Assembly (NCBI GenBank): GCA_963727775.1
Contig: CAVSHB010000002.1
Location: 160,001 to 224,000 of the forward strand
Direction of reading: 5' to 3'
DNA: 64,000 nucleotides
Origin: an uncultured Nitrospiraceae bacterium
GTDB taxonomy: Bacteria > Nitrospirota > Thermodesulfovibrionia > Thermodesulfovibrionales > SM23-35
Of this stretch, positions 29,535 to 39,354 are shown one piece after another. A model generated the notes under the pieces. That model searched no databases, had not been told where the DNA came from, and saw nothing but the letters and a program-made list of their open reading frames with translations. Made by a program: the position numbers and the translations under genes. Positions within the stretch are counted from its first letter, which is position 1; each line of letters starts with the position of its first letter.

Positions 29535-29980
29535 TGAAACCGGCCTCACTAAAGACACAAATCTCTTCAGGGGGGGTCATCTTCAGGAAGAATGAAGGCA
29601 TCATAGAAATAGCCATGGTGACGGTAAAGGGAGGCAGTGTGTGGTGCCTGCCGAAAGGGCTTATTAATAAAGGTGAAAATCCTGAAAAAACCGCACTGAG
29701 AGAGGTGGCGGAAGAGACAGGGCTTCAGGGCAGGATTATCGAAAAACTCGGTGAAATAACCTATTGGTATTACATAAAGGATGAGAATACAAAGTTCAAG
29801 AAGACCGTGCATCTTTTCCTGATGGAATACGTGAGCGGAGATGTCGCGGATCATGACCGGGAAGTTGATAATGCATTCTGGGTTCCGCTTGGTATTGCGC
29901 CGGATAAGGCCAGTTATAGGGGAGAACGCGAGATGATAGAAAAATCAAAAAAAAGGTTGACGAATGGGAAAGATAGTTAG
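29534..29980 (+). CDS. NUDIX hydrolase
   Basis: Nudix box LPKG..NKGENPEKTALREVAEETG. Confidence 0.92.
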   Translation: MKPASLKTQISSGGVIFRKNEGIIEIAMVTVKGGSVWCLPKGLINKGENPEKTALREVAEETGLQGRIIEKLGEITYWYYIKDENTKFKKTVHLFLMEYVSGDVADHDREVDNAFWVPLGIAPDKASYRGEREMIEKSKKRLTNGKDS

Positions 29981-30437
29981 CCGGTACGAGTTGAAACAGG
30001 TTGTTGACGGACTGCGGTCCCGTGGGCAAAGAATTGTTTTCACTAACGGCTGCTTTGACATTATACATATCGGACATCTGCGGTATCTCGCAAAGGCAAA
30101 GACGTTGGGAGACATGCTCGTTATAGGATTAAATTCAGATAGGTCTGTTGCCGTTATAAAGCCTGACAGGCCTATTAACCCTGAAGACCAAAGGGCCGAG
30201 GTACTGTCTTCCCTGAATATGGTTGACTTTGTGACGCTGTTTGACGAAGAGACTCCCTATGAGTTGATTAAGGCTTTGCAGCCTGATGTGCTCGTCAAGG
30301 GCGGTGACTGGAAGAAAGAAGATATCATCGGCTCGGATATCGCCAAAGAAACCTATAGCCTTCCGTATCTTAAAGGTTTTTCAACCACAGGGCTGATTGA
30401 AAAGATAAAGAAACGGTTTTGTCGTGAAGACCTGTAG
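29964..30437 (+). CDS. rfaE2: D-glycero-beta-D-manno-heptose 1-phosphate adenylyltransferase
   Basis: VFTNGCFDIIHIGH, GLNSDRSV, PDVLVKGGDW. Confidence 0.93.
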   Translation: MGKIVSRYELKQVVDGLRSRGQRIVFTNGCFDIIHIGHLRYLAKAKTLGDMLVIGLNSDRSVAVIKPDRPINPEDQRAEVLSSLNMVDFVTLFDEETPYELIKALQPDVLVKGGDWKKEDIIGSDIAKETYSLPYLKGFSTTGLIEKIKKRFCREDL

Positions 30438-30529
30438 TATAATGTTCTTATGAAACAGCAAGGTGGAATTTCGAAGATTTATTTTATGTTCAACCCTCCC
30501 CTGAGGGAGATTATTATTAGCGCAGCCTT

Positions 30530-31423
30530 TTATTCTGCGCAGCGGAAGCCTGTATGCAAATATCTCGCTTCCGGTTCCAGCCAGTAGCGGTCGGTACTTC
30601 TTATTACCTTTTCCCCGAAACTGTCAAACCACGATCCGCCGCGAAGGACCTTGAAATCTCCTTCTTTAGGAACAATATCAGGGCAGATGGTACACTTGTC
30701 CAGTTCCCGGCATGGGAGACATGGCCGTCCCTTTTCACACGTGCTGCAGTAATTCCGTCTCAGCCAGTCGTCGACCCACTCCCAGACATTCCCCGCCATA
30801 TTGAAGGCTTTATAGCGAGACGCTCCGTCAGGGAGCGCATCTACAGGTACCATCACGTCGAGTCCTTTCTCATCCCACTTCTGATTGTATCGTGCTTTTG
30901 AACTGCTCGGCATGCTGTTGCCCCATGGATAGATCCTCCTGCTGTTGCCCCTTGCGGCTTTCTCCCACTCCGCCTCCGTGGGAAGTCGTTTGCCCTTCCA
31001 CTTGCAGTATTCATAGGCGCCGAACCACGAGACATTATTCGCAGGGAAATTTTCATATCCTTTCCTGGGCATATACCGTTCCGGATTTTTTCTTGTCTCT
31101 TCTTCTTTGCCCTGGACCCAGGATACGCCTATGATTGTAGAATACTTATCATGGGAAAAATATTTATCGTCAGGATTCCCTTTCGCGTTCAGAAACTCCG
31201 CAAAGTCTTTTGCGGAGGTCTCATATTTGTCGATCAAAAAAGTAGCCACATAGACAGCGTGCTCAGGCCGCTCATCCGGCTCTCCCTCATCCATCCCCAT
31301 CCTGAAGTCGCCTCCGGGCACGGCAACTATGTCTTTCTCCTGAGGGAGATTCTTGACAGAATACGCACAGGCTGCCAATGACTGTAGAAAAATAATAAAG
31401 GCGATAAAAATCAATTTTCTCAT
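30530..31423 (-). CDS. FGE-sulfatase (SUMF1-like) domain lipoprotein with Cys-rich insert
   Basis: Lipobox LAAC; FRMG, RLPTEAEWEKAARG, MAGNVWEW, RGGSW, GFRC. Confidence 0.88.
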   Translation of the reverse strand: MRKLIFIAFIIFLQSLAACAYSVKNLPQEKDIVAVPGGDFRMGMDEGEPDERPEHAVYVATFLIDKYETSAKDFAEFLNAKGNPDDKYFSHDKYSTIIGVSWVQGKEEETRKNPERYMPRKGYENFPANNVSWFGAYEYCKWKGKRLPTEAEWEKAARGNSRRIYPWGNSMPSSSKARYNQKWDEKGLDVMVPVDALPDGASRYKAFNMAGNVWEWVDDWLRRNYCSTCEKGRPCLPCRELDKCTICPDIVPKEGDFKVLRGGSWFDSFGEKVIRSTDRYWLEPEARYLHTGFRCAE

Positions 31424-31499
31424 AAGTGCAATTCTAAAAATTAAAATATAAATAAGTCAATATGTGGGCCGATAAATCCGGACCAGCAGCTACGCAAGG

Positions 31500-31528
31500 C
31501 GAACCATCCAACCCATGGGGACGGTTCG
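31500..31528. repeat. REP-like hairpin downstream of hisD
   Basis: CGAACCATCC...GGACGGTTCG inverted repeat with one mismatch. Confidence 0.45.
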
Positions 31529-31529
31529 A

Positions 31530-32807
31530 TTATAAGTTTTCCCTGACTCTTATTGTATTGCCGTGAGCTTCGAGACCTTCTGCGTCGGCGATTGTTTTCA
31601 CTGTCTCGGCAAGTTCTAGAAATCCGGCTTTTGTGAAGCTGAGTATACTTGAGCGTTTTACGAAATCGTATGTACCGAGAGGAGAGGAGAACCTTGCAGT
31701 TCCTCCGGTCGGAAGGGTATGGTTAGGTCCCGCTGAATAATCCCCTAAGGCCTCCGGGGTCCACTCTCCAAGGAATACGGCGCCGGCGTTTTTAATCATA
31801 GGCAATATTTTCTTGGGGGTTGCAGTCATAATCTCAAGATGCTCCGGTGAAATCCGGTTCGCTATTTCCGCAGCCCCGTGCATGTCTTTTGTGATGATGA
31901 CAGCCCCATAATTTTCAAGAGACTTCCCTGCGATATCCTTTCTCTTAAGAAGATCAAGCTGTCTCCCGACTTCTTTGCCGACAGCCTTCGCCAGCTTCCG
32001 GGAATTGGTTATGCAAATGGATGACGCATATTCATCGTGCTCGGCCTGACTGAGCAGGTCGGCTGCTATAATTATGGGGCTTGCCGAAGCATCGGCTATA
32101 ATCAGTATCTCGCTCGGTCCCGCAACCATATCGATATCGACTACGCCGAAGACTATCTTCTTTGCCGTTGCCACATATATATTTCCGGGACCCACGATCT
32201 TATCGACTTTTTTGACAGCTTCTGTGCCATATGCCATCGCCCCTACTGCCTGTGCCCCGCCTATCCTGTATACTTCCCGAACACCGAGCAAGTTTATTGC
32301 GGCCATGACATGAGGGTTTATCTCTCCTTTCGGAGTAGGGACGCAGAGGGCTATTTCTCTGACGCCCGCGACCTGTGCCGGAATAACATTCATTAAAACA
32401 GTAGATGGGTAAGAGGCTTTGCCGCCCGGTATATATACACCAACCCGCTCCAAGGGCCTGATTATCTGACCCAGGACAGTGCCCTTTTCAGAGAAAGACC
32501 ACGAGGACTCTTTCTGTCTCTCGTGAAATGTCCTTATCCTTTGTGCAGAGCGTTTGAGCGCCTTTACGACTTTCGGATCAGCCTTAGCCGCATGCCTCGC
32601 GATTTCATCGGGGTCCAGTCGTAAATGATCTATTTTCAGGGAATCAAATTTCCTTGTGTATTTCAGAACGGCCTTATTGCCGTTGTTCCTAACATCCGTA
32701 AGGATATCCCGGACTTTTTGCTCGATCTCCTCAACGTCGCCGGCTGCCCGCTTCTGTAAAATATCTAAAAAGGAAGCTAATTCTTTATCATTTTTTAAAA
32801 TTCTCAT
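31530..32807 (-). CDS. hisD: Histidinol dehydrogenase
   Basis: GVYIPGG, GGAQAV, GPGNIYV, IDMVAGPSE, SQAEHD, PEHLE, GPNHTLPT. Confidence 0.97.
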   Translation of the reverse strand: MRILKNDKELASFLDILQKRAAGDVEEIEQKVRDILTDVRNNGNKAVLKYTRKFDSLKIDHLRLDPDEIARHAAKADPKVVKALKRSAQRIRTFHERQKESSWSFSEKGTVLGQIIRPLERVGVYIPGGKASYPSTVLMNVIPAQVAGVREIALCVPTPKGEINPHVMAAINLLGVREVYRIGGAQAVGAMAYGTEAVKKVDKIVGPGNIYVATAKKIVFGVVDIDMVAGPSEILIIADASASPIIIAADLLSQAEHDEYASSICITNSRKLAKAVGKEVGRQLDLLKRKDIAGKSLENYGAVIITKDMHGAAEIANRISPEHLEIMTATPKKILPMIKNAGAVFLGEWTPEALGDYSAGPNHTLPTGGTARFSSPLGTYDFVKRSSILSFTKAGFLELAETVKTIADAEGLEAHGNTIRVRENL

Positions 32808-33513
32808 TGCGAATAATTCTAACCTGTAGGGGCTGATTAATCAAGAAATCTTTGGTGTGCATATTCCGGGGAACCCTGCCGTTCATTACGCTACAATCCT
32901 TCCGCTTCCCGATTTATCCTGCAGTCAAATCCAGAGAGATGCTGTACCGGTCGGCAGGAGAAAGGATAGCGGATATTTGAACCAGCAATATGTTTGGTCT
33001 GCTGCGCAACACGTGTAGTTTGTTTGCGGATAACACCTACTTAATGACACTTTCAGGAAGTCGCAACTTCCTCAACACTACAACTGGAAATGAACACCTT
33101 TGCAAAGAAATAATGACGACATTTCCCCTGGAACTGATAGTTTCGTCAAGTCCTATTTGTTGGCGGTTTAGGTTGGTAACCTTGCGTCCAAATATCTATA
33201 GGCAAGTCTGACTCTGGGGCCAGTGTCAGCGAAACGTGCAAAGCGTAAAGATGAGAACTTTCTGGTAATGATTGTGGATCACCTTTTTTGCCATTCATAT
33301 GTAGGCATGGTCTCCCAGAGCGGAGCAAGGCAGAACATTATGAATAGTTTCCTGATATAATCAGAAAATGCTGTGGTCGTCAAGGATGGTAGAGAATCCG
33401 AATAGAGTATTGTTCAGTTGCATTCGCCTATGATACAATTTTGCCGATCCCAATTTGGGTCAATGACAAGATGATATTCGTTAATCCTCTGAAGGGTAGG
33501 ATTTGATTCCGGG

Positions 33514-34264
33514 ATGAATAAAGTGAAAAGAACATTGAAAGTTATTGCATCAAGAAATCTAATGGCTAAGTTCCCGCGAGAATCCTTATCCTTTTTCAAG
33601 AAATTAGTATTAGAGCCAAATATGGTTACAACTCAAGATATCATGACCTTCAAAAAACAAGCTGAATTTGAAGATGTTTGGATATTTCACGGTATTGCGA
33701 TGGAACGGAAGGGAAAAGCAATTGTCTTGGCAGGACCGCCAGGCATCGGCAAATCAACTCTTTTGCGAAAAATTACCCGTGCGGGTATGGCTAAACCGAT
33801 AGATGACGGAAACGTAGTTGTTGGCAGACGCGACAACTGCTATTACGTCTTAAAGAGCGGTCTTTATTCCACTGTGAGAACGATCTCGATAGTTTCCAAG
33901 GGGCTAAGGATCTTGTTTAGGTATCAGAGTCCTTATCTTAATGCAGACCCTCGCCATAATTTGATTAAGGCTATAAGAAGAGGGGAAATGTTACATAATC
34001 TTGCTGTCTTGACGGGCTCTATTATCGCCAGAAATAGAAGCTCTGAAGAAGTCATAGTAAATCCGGTGAGACTTGAAAGACTTTTGTTGGTGATACATCA
34101 AGAGGACCCTCAGCTGTCAAGAAGAATGTGTGGAGTGTGGAGAAAAAATAGAATCCATCAGCGCAAGGGATACGAAGAATATATTTGATAGGTATTCAAG
34201 CTGTGAAGTCATTGCATCTGCTGGACTGGACCTTAAGAATTACTGCCTGTACTCTTCAGAATGA
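33514..34264 (+). pseudogene. HPr-kinase-related P-loop protein, probably frameshifted by a 7-bp duplication
   Basis: WIFHGIAMERKGKAIVLAGPPGIGKST...IDDGNVVV; tandem TGTGGAG at 34129-34142 shifts the frame (current stop 34188); removing one copy reads on to TGA 34262-64. Confidence 0.55.
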
Positions 34265-34554
34265 TAAGGTTATGCAAAGGTGCAGGTCCCCGCGAGGATA
34301 AATAACCCTACCCGACTCATATAATTTGTTACTTTGAAATCGTATAAAACAGTTCTCAAAACCTGACATTACTGCGGAAGAGGAAGTTATTGAGAGGGTG
34401 ACTTCATCTACAAGGTCTGATATAGGATAGAAAAAATGGGAGATCGCCCCCCCATCACTGCAACCCCCTAAGATTCGGAAACAGCGGGCACTCCCGTCCC
34501 CAGGAGTGATCTGATAACTGGACATTAAGCTACTGCCCGCAGAATTCTATTAAT

Positions 34555-34680
34555 TTACTTTTGGGACCATATGTTTGATCCTGAAGAGCCTTTTTCTTTC
34601 TTTGCTTGTCTTTTTTCTTTCAGGCTATGCTGTGGTTTTTTCTTCGCATTTGGTTTTTGCTTGTTTTTTTCTTTGCTCAT
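34555..34680 (-). CDS. Small Lys-rich protein, 41 aa (not in the ORF track)
   Basis: MSKEKNKQKPNAKKKPQHSLKEKRQAKKEKGSSGSNIWSQK; AGGAGG SD and an extended -10 TGaTATAAT upstream. Confidence 0.7.
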   Translation of the reverse strand: MSKEKNKQKPNAKKKPQHSLKEKRQAKKEKGSSGSNIWSQK

Positions 34681-34753
34681 TAAATGCCTCCTTTATTAAT
34701 AGTAATCGTCACCATTATATCAGGTCGCTCTATTAGTTGTATTTCTACGCAAT

Positions 34754-35200
34754 TTAGGTCTTTGGTGCAAAACCTTTTTTGATAGCCTGTCGCCAACATT
34801 TACCCATATCTTCTTTCTGCTTATCAGTCAGTTGTTTTTCTTCCTTCAGGCTCTTGCTAATCTCATGTGCAAAATTGATCCAATAGCTATTCATTCTCAT
34901 TGTCTCTTCTACCCATTGCGAAAGAGCGAGCCATGTGTTCGAATCTCTTTTTAATTGAAATACCTTGGGGTGGGTTGCAGAACTTTTTTGTTTTTTATGT
35001 TCAGATATTTCTTCGGCAGCTTTCAGGACAGGCTGAAGTTGAACATCATAAACACTTGACTCTTTTTCATATTTAATCAAAAAGGCTCCAGGCCAGCCGT
35101 GGCTGGAAGAAAAATGCTTGTAAAAATAATTGCGATAGAAGAGCGTGAGAGTGGTTCTCTTGTATTTTGATTCTCTTCTGTCACGTATCAATTTTACCAT
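34754..35200 (-). CDS. Hypothetical protein, possibly a fragment
   Basis: 148-aa ORF; the C-terminal WLALSQW...LTDKQ...AIKKGF pattern recalls tails of AIPR-associated proteins (recollection only). Confidence 0.45.
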   Translation of the reverse strand: MVKLIRDRRESKYKRTTLTLFYRNYFYKHFSSSHGWPGAFLIKYEKESSVYDVQLQPVLKAAEEISEHKKQKSSATHPKVFQLKRDSNTWLALSQWVEETMRMNSYWINFAHEISKSLKEEKQLTDKQKEDMGKCWRQAIKKGFAPKT

Positions 35201-35403
35201 GTTCTATGTTTTTCTGGTAAGCATGGCAAACTGACCCACTACCGAAAATCGATAAAGACCTTTAAGGAATCACCTTTTTTTAAGCGCAAAATAGATAGGA
35301 AGTGGGCCTGGAAAGCAAGGATGCTCCTAAGAACCCGGTGAACACAATAATTGAGAGTGAACTGCCGGAGGATGAATTGACATTCTAAGCCATATAATTT
35401 AAA

Positions 35404-36720
35404 GTGTTATCAGTGGAAAACGAAGCGAAGACGGAAGAAAAATCAATAATCGATGAGATAAAACAGAAGATCAGGCTCGTAAATGCCATAGCTGTTTTTA
35501 TTATTGTTACACTTCTTGCCGTCATTTTACGTTACCTGTTCAAACCGGTCAGTGAAATGCTGGATTTTCTGCCGGATGTCTCCATCACAGTGGTCATAGT
35601 TATAGTCCTTGCTCTTTCAGTTATGGGATTTTATATGTCATGGGTAGTATCCAGGAGGATCATAAAGAGCATTGAAAAATACAGAAACAGACTTGACCGT
35701 ATCCTTACGATCACGAGAAACCTGAGAGAAGAAAAATATGGAGATATTATACTTGAAAAGTTATTGGATTATTCACTATCTATGACAGGATCTGACGCAG
35801 GCTCTGTCTTTCTCATCGAGGGAGACAGCCTTGTATTTAAGGCGATAGCGGGGGATGAGCAGGAACTCCTCATCGGGACAGCGATACCGAAAGGCAAGGG
35901 TGTTGCGGGACTGGTCGCAGTGAATGGTCGGCCCTTGTGCATTGCAGACATAAAGGAAGATGGGCGGTTTGCCAATGACGCAGATGCGGTCACCGGCTAT
36001 GAGGCGAGGTCTGTGCTCTGTGTTCCGTTGATGATGCGCGCAAATGTCATAGGCGCCATAGAACTGGTGAATAGGAAGGAAGGTTTTTACAGCGACAGGG
36101 ACGCGGAAATGATTACATACCTTGCGGACCAGACGGCTATTTCATTGGTACAGGCGAGGTTTTATGAGGACCAGAAAAATTATGAGATACATATAACGGA
36201 TATCCTCCTTGAGGTTATCGACATACAGGTCCCCGAGAAAGCAGGGCATTCAAAGAGGGTAGCGAGATACAGTAACATTATCGCAAAGGCAATAAATATG
36301 TCCGAGGAAAGTCAGCAAAGATTGTATTATGCCGGCCTCCTTCATGATGTCGGATTTCTGAAGATAAAGACCGATGACAATTTCAAGCGGGAATATTTCA
36401 TGACCCATCCTGTTGTCGGATATGAAATGATAAAGCCGATAAACTTTTATGAAGACATCGCGCACTTCATACTCTATCACCATGAGAGGTATGACGGATC
36501 AGGTTACCCTAAGGGACTCAAAGGGGAGGAAATACCTTTGGGTGCAAGGATAATTGCTATTGCGGAGGCATTTGACTCAATGGTGAGTGAAGAGTCATAT
36601 AAAGTGCCTCTGGATTTTAAATCTGCTGTTGAAGAGCTGCAGCGAAATGCCGGGAGCCAGTTTGACTTCTGGCTTGTCGACGTGTTTGTTAATAATATAA
36701 CCCCTGAACTTCTACAATAG
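35404..36720 (+). CDS. Membrane GAF + HD-GYP phosphodiesterase
   Basis: Two TM helices, GAF (SVLCVPL...GAIELVNR), GHSKRV, LHDVG, HHERYDGSGYP; likely start GTG 35413. Confidence 0.92.
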   Translation: MLSVENEAKTEEKSIIDEIKQKIRLVNAIAVFIIVTLLAVILRYLFKPVSEMLDFLPDVSITVVIVIVLALSVMGFYMSWVVSRRIIKSIEKYRNRLDRILTITRNLREEKYGDIILEKLLDYSLSMTGSDAGSVFLIEGDSLVFKAIAGDEQELLIGTAIPKGKGVAGLVAVNGRPLCIADIKEDGRFANDADAVTGYEARSVLCVPLMMRANVIGAIELVNRKEGFYSDRDAEMITYLADQTAISLVQARFYEDQKNYEIHITDILLEVIDIQVPEKAGHSKRVARYSNIIAKAINMSEESQQRLYYAGLLHDVGFLKIKTDDNFKREYFMTHPVVGYEMIKPINFYEDIAHFILYHHERYDGSGYPKGLKGEEIPLGARIIAIAEAFDSMVSEESYKVPLDFKSAVEELQRNAGSQFDFWLVDVFVNNITPELLQ

Positions 36721-37782
36721 CCTGCCGAGGATTTCTTTCTCTATCGATTCCGATATATTAGTATTGTTAGATCCGCCTCTGTACAGTGTAAGCAGCTTCT
36801 CAATATAATCTCCGGCAGTCTTATAACCGGCTTTTCTTGCATTTTCAATTAGGTCCCAGTCACCTGTTTCAATGAACAAACGGAATGCCTCGGGTATTTC
36901 AGGGAAGACTATTTTTCTCAAACCCCCGAGAAATACGATATAAAAACCGAGCGAACCTTCTTTCTTGTTTTTAATGATATATCGCAACATGCCGTTTTCA
37001 GAGGTATCCGAAAGGATGTCCTTCACGGACCGGGCAAACAGCTCGGTCCTGTTATGGGAAAGACAAGACAGAAAGGGTTTCCACTCATCCCCGATTTTGT
37101 TGCCCTCAAACGCCTCCCCCAACTCGTGATGTATGTATGTATCCGCCTCAGAGCGCGCAATCAGGGACATCTTCAAGTCCAGGTCTTCCGACGGTTCTTC
37201 TTCGGGAGCAATCCCGTATTTTGAGAACGCGAATAAGAGCGCTCCTTTTAAGCCCCTGCATCTCATCTCCTCGTATCTCGACCACAGAAGAAGCCTGGTC
37301 GGTTCGACCCGCGCAAAGATTGCCTGTCCCTGAAGCATCGCCGGGTGATCGGACAGGTCTCTTGCATATTCATGACCGGCTGTGCGAATATCAAACCCAT
37401 CCACCTTGGTTTTCGATATCATGTCTGCGAGGAAGAAAGAAGGCTTCATATGGATCCCGAACCCTGCGCCGTAAACAAGACCTTTTTTTCCCAGAGCAGC
37501 ATTAATTTTTTCGACATCAAACGGGTTATAGACATCTCCATTCACTCTGATATTTTCAAATTCCTTGCCTTCAAGTTCCCTCCAGAGTTTTTCCCTGTCT
37601 GTTATCCAGTCACCGATATCTTTTTGGATGACCTGCTCCCACGGCTTGATTCCATTTTCGATACGGTATAGTTCCCTTAGTCTGAGGAGCAGGCCGCAAA
37701 GGGAATAAAAACCCCAGAATTGCGCATCTGAAATGTTACAGTTTCTTTTGATTTGCGAAGCGAGTGTATGAATGTCCGTCAT
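36712..37782 (-). CDS. Sfum_1244 / DsrS-like family protein
   Basis: N-terminal QIKRNCNISDA...YSLCGLLLRLRELY, YGAG...KPSFFLA, HHELGE, ELFARSVKDILSD. Confidence 0.65.
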   Translation of the reverse strand: MTDIHTLASQIKRNCNISDAQFWGFYSLCGLLLRLRELYRIENGIKPWEQVIQKDIGDWITDREKLWRELEGKEFENIRVNGDVYNPFDVEKINAALGKKGLVYGAGFGIHMKPSFFLADMISKTKVDGFDIRTAGHEYARDLSDHPAMLQGQAIFARVEPTRLLLWSRYEEMRCRGLKGALLFAFSKYGIAPEEEPSEDLDLKMSLIARSEADTYIHHELGEAFEGNKIGDEWKPFLSCLSHNRTELFARSVKDILSDTSENGMLRYIIKNKKEGSLGFYIVFLGGLRKIVFPEIPEAFRLFIETGDWDLIENARKAGYKTAGDYIEKLLTLYRGGSNNTNISESIEKEILGRLL

Positions 37783-37915
37783 GTCGGTCCTCTTATATTA
37801 TTCTATCAGATGAAAGAACTGGAACGACAGACCTTGGATTAGACGAGCCTGGTGCGGGAATAAAAAGGAAGCCGGAGATTGCGGTAAACTCGGCATGGTG
37901 ATAATATGTTAGACC

Positions 37916-38683
37916 ATGAGGAAAATAAAGCTGCTTATTGAGTACGACGGCACAGCATACCACGGGTGGCAGATACAGGCAGATAAAACAACCATTCAGG
38001 GACTTATTGAAGAAAGGATTCTGAAGATAACAGGCGAACAATCGAGCGTTCTCGGCGCGAGCAGGACAGATGCGGGGGTACACGCGCTCGGGCAGGTTGC
38101 GGTATTCAGGACTGAATCGAGGCTGGACGCCGGAACGATAAAAAGGGCATTGAATGCGGTGCTCCCCCGGGACATCAGGGTCCTCGACGCATCCGACGCC
38201 GATGATTCGCTTCATCCGAGAGCGGATGCTATAAAGAAGACTTATTTCTATATCATTACAAACCAGAGAAATTCATCGGTTTTTTTTAACCGGTACTCAT
38301 GGTTGGTCCCGCAGAAACTTGAACTGAACTCCATTATAGAAGCGGCGCATACTTTGATAGGCAGATATGATTTTTCTTCATTCATGGGGACCGGAAGCGA
38401 CGTAAAGGATTTTGTGAGAGAGATATATTCGCTTAACGTAGAGAAACTCGGAAGTATAGATTTTATGACCGCTTCTCTAAAGGGTGATTTTATCAAGATA
38501 AGCATAGAAGCGAACGGCTTTCTCAGGCACATGGTTAGGAACATTGTCGGTACCCTCGTCGAGACCGGCAGGGGAAGGATACCTGCCGAAAAGATGCAGG
38601 ACATCCTTGCATCTCACGACAGAAGGCTTGCAGGTCAAAACGCCCCGCCGAACGGCCTTTTTCTTGAGAAGGTTGTTTATTAA
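37916..38683 (+). CDS. truA: tRNA pseudouridine(38-40) synthase
   Basis: EYDGTAYHGWQIQ, ASRTDAGVHALGQ, NGFLRHMVRNIVG, APPNGLFL. Confidence 0.97.
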   Translation: MRKIKLLIEYDGTAYHGWQIQADKTTIQGLIEERILKITGEQSSVLGASRTDAGVHALGQVAVFRTESRLDAGTIKRALNAVLPRDIRVLDASDADDSLHPRADAIKKTYFYIITNQRNSSVFFNRYSWLVPQKLELNSIIEAAHTLIGRYDFSSFMGTGSDVKDFVREIYSLNVEKLGSIDFMTASLKGDFIKISIEANGFLRHMVRNIVGTLVETGRGRIPAEKMQDILASHDRRLAGQNAPPNGLFLEKVVY

Positions 38684-39231
38684 GTTCCGAATATCTTCCA
38701 CCACTCATCAAACCGTCTGAGCTTTTCTTCTCCGAATTTTGCAATTCCCTTCCTGACCCTTTCGATGGGTTTTTCTTTCAAAAGAAATTCAGTGTCTTTT
38801 GAAAAAAATTTATCGGCAAAGCATATAATCTGCTCTTCAAGGGTCAAAGGGACCATATCTCTTTGGGGTAATAGGAGATTTCTTTGAACTATATCCTCCA
38901 AAGATATTCCTACGCCGACATGCCTTTCGCAGACAAGGCCGTGCCGCGGGAAGCCTGCCTTTTCAAGGAGTTCCCTGCCTAAATAACCATGACATATATA
39001 AGCCTTGTCGCCGTGACAGCCGATTGCCGGTTCGTTGGTGAAGAATATCCCGATGTCGTGGAGCATCGCCGCCTCATGAATGAAATCCGGATCCGGCTTA
39101 AGATGTATTACCCTTTGGGTAATCTTCAATGCCTTTTCCGCAACCATCCTGCTGTGATGTATAAGGAAATGATATGCCCTTGATTCGGGTCTGTAGTATT
39201 CTTCGATGATCTTTACCGGATCCATTTGCAT
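38680..39231 (-). CDS. HD-domain (HDIG-type) phosphohydrolase
   Basis: HSRMV, LHDIG, CERHVGVG, ICFADKFFSK. Confidence 0.88.
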   Translation of the reverse strand: MQMDPVKIIEEYYRPESRAYHFLIHHSRMVAEKALKITQRVIHLKPDPDFIHEAAMLHDIGIFFTNEPAIGCHGDKAYICHGYLGRELLEKAGFPRHGLVCERHVGVGISLEDIVQRNLLLPQRDMVPLTLEEQIICFADKFFSKDTEFLLKEKPIERVRKGIAKFGEEKLRRFDEWWKIFGT

Positions 39232-39315
39232 AATATTTTATTGAGTATAAAATTATAAATGAAGCAATGAAAATTTATTTAAAATATTATCATTAGTCTT
39301 ATCGTAATAAGTCTA

Positions 39316-39344
39316 TTGACAAGAAGCTACTAAAGTTATATGAT
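39316..39344 (+). promoter_or_regulatory. Sigma70-type promoter of dnaJ-hspR-clpB
   Basis: TTGACA-17 nt-TATGAT, 10 nt before the dnaJ ATG. Confidence 0.7.
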
Positions 39345-39354
39345 ATGACTAACT

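Noticed and set aside
32990..33200. Possible integron attC site
   Set aside because: No convincing paired R/L boxes and no integron integrase nearby
33280..33320. Minus-strand MPTYEWQKR* after a GGAG SD, resembling the start of FmdB-type zinc-ribbon proteins
   Set aside because: It stops after 9 codons and lacks the CxxC motif; at most a remnant
39241..39325. HAIR operator for HspR upstream of dnaJ
   Set aside because: Only a TTGAGT half-site; it does not match CTTGAGT-N7-ACTCAAG well enough to call
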